DNA of 64,000 nucleotides, from contig CBDBDQ010000005.1 of NCBI GenBank assembly GCA_965203905.1, forward strand, positions 6,816,001 through 6,880,000, read 5' to 3'. Made by a program: the position numbers and the translations under genes. This DNA is from Spirochaetia bacterium. GTDB lineage: Bacteria; Spirochaetota; Spirochaetia; SZUA-6; Bin103. Of the stretch, positions 59,373 to 64,000 are shown one piece after another (the first letter of the stretch is position 1; each line of letters begins with the position of its first letter). Under the pieces are notes generated by a model that was not told the origin of the DNA, made no database searches, and worked only from the letters and a program-made list of their open reading frames with translations.

Positions 59373-60422
59373 TCAGATCAAGAAGGGTTGGTCTCCAGCA
59401 TCAGGTTCGAGACGGTTGGCCCGTGACTGGATTTCCGCGCAATGCGCCATGATCACCTCGAACGGCGCCTCATCATCCAGCAGCATGCCGTCGGCGAGCA
59501 TCTTGTTGTAGTCATCTGCCAACGTCGCGCGGGCGGGTCCGTCAGGGGCCAGTTGCAGTTCGCCCGACACGGCGGTCTCGTAGTCGATCCGGTTCCCCAC
59601 CGCGTCGTTCTCGGCGAAGAACATCGCCTTGTGACGGGCGACCGCTCGTGCCAGGACACGGTCGGCCAAAGCCCGTGCCGCGATTCCGGCGTCATCCAGC
59701 CGCACCAGATCATGCCAGTGCCGTGACTGACGCTGCCCCCGGCGCCGCCGCTGCCGGCAGAACACGTGCATGGCCGTCGCCTTCTCCCAAAAGGTCCGCT
59801 CAGCCAGCATGACGGACGGACGTGCGGTCGGGAATGAGAGGTCAGGCAGGTAGGCCGCGGCGTCGCACACCACGGGGCGTTGCTCGTGCGGCTCACCGGT
59901 CGAGCGGGCGCCGAATTCGACCAGGACCTCCGGCTGTACGAAGCCGTAGCGATCGAACAGTGGTTCGTAGGCGACATGCAGACTGTCCCGCTCGGCACGT
60001 ACCCGGACATTGGGAACGGCGCGCGCGAGTTGCTCTGCGATCTCCGGCAGGGCTCGCTCCCGGACCCATGCCGTCAGCCGCTGGCGGATCGTCCGCGTCC
60101 AGCGCCGTTCCTGGCTGCGCGTGGGCGGAAGTGCATCAGCGGCCGCACCGGATACCAGGTCCGGTGCGATAGCACGGATGTCGCGGGTGATGTCGACATC
60201 CTCCGAGAACCGGCGGACCGCGGCGTACGCCTTCGCCAGCGACGTGCCACCCTTGAATACCAGTTCCCGCCCGAAGGACGCGCTGAACAGCGCATCCAGC
60301 ACCTCTACGACCCAGATGTCTTTCTCCAGCAGATGAGCAGGCCTGCCGCTCCGGGCCTGTGCCAATCTCAGGGCGTAGCGTCTGTCTTCCGCGGAAAGCG
60401 ATTGGAAGGGTGCCTCAGGCAC
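59373..60422 (-). CDS. Nucleotidyltransferase AbiEii/AbiGii toxin
   Basis: LLEKDIWV, FKGGTSL.K, RFSEDVDI, EFGARSTGEP, RTFWEKAT, SRHWHDL. Confidence 0.92.
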   Translation of the reverse strand: MPEAPFQSLSAEDRRYALRLAQARSGRPAHLLEKDIWVVEVLDALFSASFGRELVFKGGTSLAKAYAAVRRFSEDVDITRDIRAIAPDLVSGAAADALPPTRSQERRWTRTIRQRLTAWVRERALPEIAEQLARAVPNVRVRAERDSLHVAYEPLFDRYGFVQPEVLVEFGARSTGEPHEQRPVVCDAAAYLPDLSFPTARPSVMLAERTFWEKATAMHVFCRQRRRRGQRQSRHWHDLVRLDDAGIAARALADRVLARAVARHKAMFFAENDAVGNRIDYETAVSGELQLAPDGPARATLADDYNKMLADGMLLDDEAPFEVIMAHCAEIQSRANRLEPDAGDQPFLI

Positions 60423-61011
60423 GTGCGATGAGTGCGCTCACCGGCTGCGCCATCCACGCCGGCATGGTCGCGCGTGCCGCCGACAGATCCGCCAGGTCTT
60501 CGGACGACAGGCGAGGTGCCGCCAAAGCGAGACCGTCCTCGACTTCGTGCGGGCCGAGCCAGGCCAGTGCTCGGACGAGATCGCCGGCACGGCGGTTCGG
60601 CGCGACCAATTGCCACCGAGGCGCATGGCGTAACCGCACGAGCAACCGGAAAAAGTACAGCCGGCGGCTGTGACCGGAGGTCAGATACACCGGCTGCACC
60701 GGAATCTGGGTCGTGAGACCGAGAACGTTGGCGGCGGCCCCACCGCTGGGGACGATGGTCTCGCCCCATAGTGCCGAGAGTGATTCGATCGCCTTCTCGA
60801 CGGAGGGGCTGCAGAGACCGAATCGGGTCTCGATGGGGCACATGTACACCCCCCGGAAGATCCGCAGGAGTTGCTCGGCGTGAACCAGCCGCGACAGCGC
60901 CTGATCAACGGCCGCGCGGCTCCCCAGGTGCAGCAGGGCACGGGGGCAAATCGGCATCGCCTCAGGTAGCGCTGAGGCGTACTCCAGAATGCGACTAGAC
61001 AGGCTCGGCAT
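60415..61011 (-). CDS. DUF6088 / AbiEi-type antitoxin
   Basis: GSRAAVDQALSRL..L.RI.RGVY, GAAAANVLGLTTQIP...YLTSG; overlaps the toxin start. Confidence 0.9.
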   Translation of the reverse strand: MPSLSSRILEYASALPEAMPICPRALLHLGSRAAVDQALSRLVHAEQLLRIFRGVYMCPIETRFGLCSPSVEKAIESLSALWGETIVPSGGAAANVLGLTTQIPVQPVYLTSGHSRRLYFFRLLVRLRHAPRWQLVAPNRRAGDLVRALAWLGPHEVEDGLALAAPRLSSEDLADLSAARATMPAWMAQPVSALIARA

Positions 61012-61027
61012 AGGCGTATCCCTTAGT

Positions 61028-61055
61028 TGTCAGAAACATAACAGTTCTACTGACG
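61028..61055. promoter_or_regulatory. Imperfect inverted repeat, putative AbiE operator
   Basis: TGTCAGAAAC-ataaca-GTTCTACTGAC just upstream of the antitoxin start. Confidence 0.4.
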
Positions 61056-61436
61056 GCCGCCAAGGAGCGCCAAGGAGCCGGCGCCGTTCTTGATGACAGT
61101 TCAGCGCAGTGTGCGCCAGGCCAACTGGCTAACCGGCATTTTACACGGGGATCAGACGCTGCAGTTCAGTTCATGCTCGGGTTGTAGTGAGCCACACTAC
61201 CTGGTAGGGCGCCAGTTCGAACTCCCACGTGCTGCCGGCGGGCAGCTGTTCCGGAGGCGCGCCCGGAAAGCGGCCGACCAGGTCGACGAGCGCCGAACTG
61301 TGCATGGGCGTGAGCTGACCGTCAGGCGTCGCTCATTCTTGGCGACAAGATCGACAACATCTCCGCCGATCTCGCCACGAGCCCCCGACGGGTATCTGAG
61401 CAAGACGACACCAAGGCTCGGCTCTGCGTGTGCCGG

Positions 61437-62381
61437 CTAGTTGGCGCGATCGGCACCGAGCCGAGCGCCACCACGCGTGAGCGTGGTCGCGCCACGCAGC
61501 CTCGGGTCGAGGAGGTCCCGCATGGCGTCGCCGAACATGTTGAGACTGTAAACGGTAATGGTCAGGCATAGACCAGGCCAGAGTGCCAGCCATGGCGCCA
61601 TCTCCATGAACTGACGCCCGTCCCGGCTGAGCAGACCTCCCCAGTCAGGAGTCGTGTACGGCAGACCGAATCCGAGGAAGCTCAGAGAAGCAATACTCAG
61701 GATCACACCTCCGATGTTGATGCTGAATATGATGATCATGACCGGCATGATATTGAGCAGGACATGGCGGACCAGAGTTGTGGTGCTGCGGCTCCCAATT
61801 GCCCGCGCTGCCAGAAAGTAGTCATTCTCTTTGATGCCGATCACGGCGCCTCTGACTACTCGTGAGCCGCCAATGCCTCCTGATAACCCCAGGACCACTA
61901 TTATCTGTGGTACACCCTGCCCCACGATGGACATTATCGTCAACAATATGAGCAGCCCCGGAAAAACTATCCAGGCATCGACAAATCTCTGCATAACCAG
62001 GTCAAGTTTGCCGCCAATGAATCCTGAAGTGCCGCCTATCAGGACAGCGACCACAACATTGAGAGCCGTCGTCGCCAGACCGACAATCAACGAAATACGA
62101 GTCCCGTAGATGATGCGGCTCAAGAAGTCTCGCCCCAACTGGTCGGTACCCATGAGATACTGGGCTGATGGGCCCTGAAGCCTGTCTACGGGGTGCACTT
62201 CCCAATAGGGATACGGAGCCAGAACATCGGCAAAGACAGCCACCAGAATCAATATCAATATGACAATCCCGCAGGCAGTACCCAGTGGCTTCTCCTTCAT
62301 CAGCCTGACAAAGAAATAGGCCAGCCCGGCAGATCTCTCTGGCGCGTTTGCTGCTGGCGGCATCCCCGTGGCATTACTCAT
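61437..62381 (-). CDS. ABC transporter permease (DppC-like)
   Basis: MGTDQLGRD, SLSFLGFG, GDAMRDLLDPR; close paralogue of 52493-53380. Confidence 0.92.
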   Translation of the reverse strand: MSNATGMPPAANAPERSAGLAYFFVRLMKEKPLGTACGIVILILILVAVFADVLAPYPYWEVHPVDRLQGPSAQYLMGTDQLGRDFLSRIIYGTRISLIVGLATTALNVVVAVLIGGTSGFIGGKLDLVMQRFVDAWIVFPGLLILLTIMSIVGQGVPQIIVVLGLSGGIGGSRVVRGAVIGIKENDYFLAARAIGSRSTTTLVRHVLLNIMPVMIIIFSINIGGVILSIASLSFLGFGLPYTTPDWGGLLSRDGRQFMEMAPWLALWPGLCLTITVYSLNMFGDAMRDLLDPRLRGATTLTRGGARLGADRAN

Positions 62382-62397
62382 TGTCGATTTCTCCCAG

Positions 62398-63363
62398 CTA
62401 ACTATAGCGGACCCTGGGGTCCAGATAAGGATAAATCACGTCGACAAGGAGAATGCTGAGCATGACTACGGCGGACAAGAACAGGTTCACTCCCTGGACC
62501 GTAGGGTAGTCTCTGAATTTGAGTGCGTCCACGAACATGCGACCTATCCCCGGCAGGGCAAATATTTCCTCCATGATGACGGAGCCGCCTACCAGGATAG
62601 GCAACTGCAGGCCGATCATGGTAGCTACCGGGATGAGGGCATTCTTGACGGCGTGTCTCACAACAACTACCCGCTCCTTGAGACCCTTGGACCAGCCCGT
62701 CCTGATATAGTCCTGACGGAGCACCTCCAGCATCATGGTGCGCGTCATCCGCATTGTGCTTGCAGCCATGGCTGTCCCCAGAATCCCGGCAGGAATGATG
62801 AACATCCCCAGGTTCCCCAGCGGGTCTTCCGTGAATGGAATCAGCTCTATCGATGGGGACCAGCCCCACCAGATTGCCGGGTACAGCATGACCATGATTG
62901 CGAGCCAGAAGTTAGGCGTTGCCAGGCCGATGATGGCGATGGAGCGCCCCACGTAGTCGGCGGCGGTATCCTGGCGAATCGCCGAGTAGATGCCGACGGG
63001 CAGCGCTATCACGAGCCCGATTACGAGTGCCAGGAAACCAAGCTCAATGGTTACCGGCAATCTGCCTAGTATCCTCTCCTCTATCCGGAAATCGTCTATC
63101 AGTGAGTGGCCGAGGGTGCCGTGCAGCAGGATACCTCCCATCCAGCGTCCGTACTGCACGTAGACAGGCACGTCCAGTCCCAGCTGACGCTCGAGGTCTT
63201 CGCGGTCCCACTCGGCACCCGCGACATTCACGTCATCCATCTGAGCCAGCATCGCGTCTATTACATCGCCCGGGATGAAGCGCACCGAGAGAAAGACGAG
63301 TATGGTCAATATGAACAGGGTGGGGAGCATCAGCAACAGCCGCCTGATGATATAGGTTCTCAT
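62398..63363 (-). CDS. ABC transporter permease (DppB-like)
   Basis: MRTYIIRRLL...YLDPRVRY; close paralogue of 53373-54332. Confidence 0.92.
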   Translation of the reverse strand: MRTYIIRRLLLMLPTLFILTILVFLSVRFIPGDVIDAMLAQMDDVNVAGAEWDREDLERQLGLDVPVYVQYGRWMGGILLHGTLGHSLIDDFRIEERILGRLPVTIELGFLALVIGLVIALPVGIYSAIRQDTAADYVGRSIAIIGLATPNFWLAIMVMLYPAIWWGWSPSIELIPFTEDPLGNLGMFIIPAGILGTAMAASTMRMTRTMMLEVLRQDYIRTGWSKGLKERVVVVRHAVKNALIPVATMIGLQLPILVGGSVIMEEIFALPGIGRMFVDALKFRDYPTVQGVNLFLSAVVMLSILLVDVIYPYLDPRVRYS

Positions 63364-63418
63364 GTGACGCACCTCACTATTGCGGGGAGAGGGAGGCTTA
63401 AGCCTCCGCAAATTCCCC

Positions 63419-64000
63419 CTAGTGACCCATGGATTCTTTTAGCTCACCATCAATCCAGAGGCGCGAGAAGACAACGTGATATTGCCCTCCTCCAAAGGCG
63501 CCCTCGCTGTTATAACCCATCACCCATGGCTGGTGAACGGTAAACCACGGGCTCATAGGCGCCGCCCAGAGATGCCAGAAGTTCTCTAACGCGTGCCTGT
63601 CCATCTGTCCAATCAGTCTCGTCTCCTCCTCATAGGTGGTAGCGGCCAGCAGGGCATCATACATGGCGTCATACTGCGGATCGAGGACTACGGCGTTCCT
63701 AGGGTGGCCGCTCCAATACCAACTCACTGCCGTGACTGGATCAGCTTCGGTGCCGTTGTTGAGCACCGTCATGCCAAAATCTGCAGCTGCCTGCCTGGCG
63801 ACCAACTGCGCACCATCGGCGGCTACGTCAAGATCCACGTCAACGCCAATCTCCCGCCAGTATGCTGCCTGTAATTCCACCAAGTTCAAGTCATGAAAGG
63901 GCCATGCCAACATCGTGGTCTTGAATCTCATGCCGTCGCCGCCGCGCGGATATCCAGCCTCATCGAGCAACGCTTCTGCCCGCGTCGGGTCATAGCTATA
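63419..64000 (-). CDS. Family 5 SBP, C-terminal part; 5' end outside the window
   Basis: YDP.RAEALLDEAGYPRG.DG.RF, QPWVMGYN.E, SRLWID..LKESMGH. Confidence 0.88.
   Translation of the reverse strand, partial: YSYDPTRAEALLDEAGYPRGGDGMRFKTTMLAWPFHDLNLVELQAAYWREIGVDVDLDVAADGAQLVARQAAADFGMTVLNNGTEADPVTAVSWYWSGHPRNAVVLDPQYDAMYDALLAATTYEEETRLIGQMDRHALENFWHLWAAPMSPWFTVHQPWVMGYNSEGAFGGGQYHVVFSRLWIDGELKESMGH

Noticed and set aside
61190-61430. Possible remnants (LAPYQVVWL glycosidase-like tail; GVVLLRYP PIN-like piece)
   Set aside because: Too short and ambiguous to call.
1-64000. tRNA, rRNA, integrase, prophage or cas genes
   Set aside because: None recognised by eye; tRNAscan-SE and Infernal would be needed to exclude small RNAs.

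Overview
High-GC bacterial genomic DNA with no rRNA, tRNA or CRISPR array. The solute-binding proteins carry 'LWAAGEEE'-type N-termini, and the window has many Dpp/Opp paralogues, PhyH dioxygenases and toxin-antitoxin (TA) genes. Together these suggest a Spirochaetota-like, possibly marine host-associated symbiont (inference only). The window is a patchwork. (i) Catabolic and transport blocks: GH2, PhyH-enolase-MlrC, a DppBC-SBP-epimerase-GH127-PhyH-SDR operon, MDR-aminotransferase-PIG-L, a lower-GC island with a complete Dpp system plus a BNR/sialidase-like gene, and two more Dpp clusters with no adjacent ATPase. (ii) Many small TA or defence-like modules between them: a DUF6036 NTase pair, two ABC-ATPase+partner pairs, Fic, AAA-DUF4143, HicBA, AAA-PD-(D/E)XK, three copies of a Phd-VapC module, VapBC, Uma2 and two AbiE loci. 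(iii) Mobile DNA and decay: an intact ISAzo13-family element splitting a tyrosine phosphatase gene, ISL3 and other IS scars, a truncated DddP-like M24 gene, and a repeat-protein gene split by a low-GC ATPase/nuclease cassette. Best candidates for something undescribed: the DUF6338 membrane protein overlapping a small peptide with repeated dibasic-GYQP motifs (1287-2139), the low-GC ATPase + nuclease-like cassette (47503-49375), an M1 peptidase with a divergent substrate motif and a beta-barrel-like tail, and an 81-bp palindromic tandem element that replaced the core of one TA copy.
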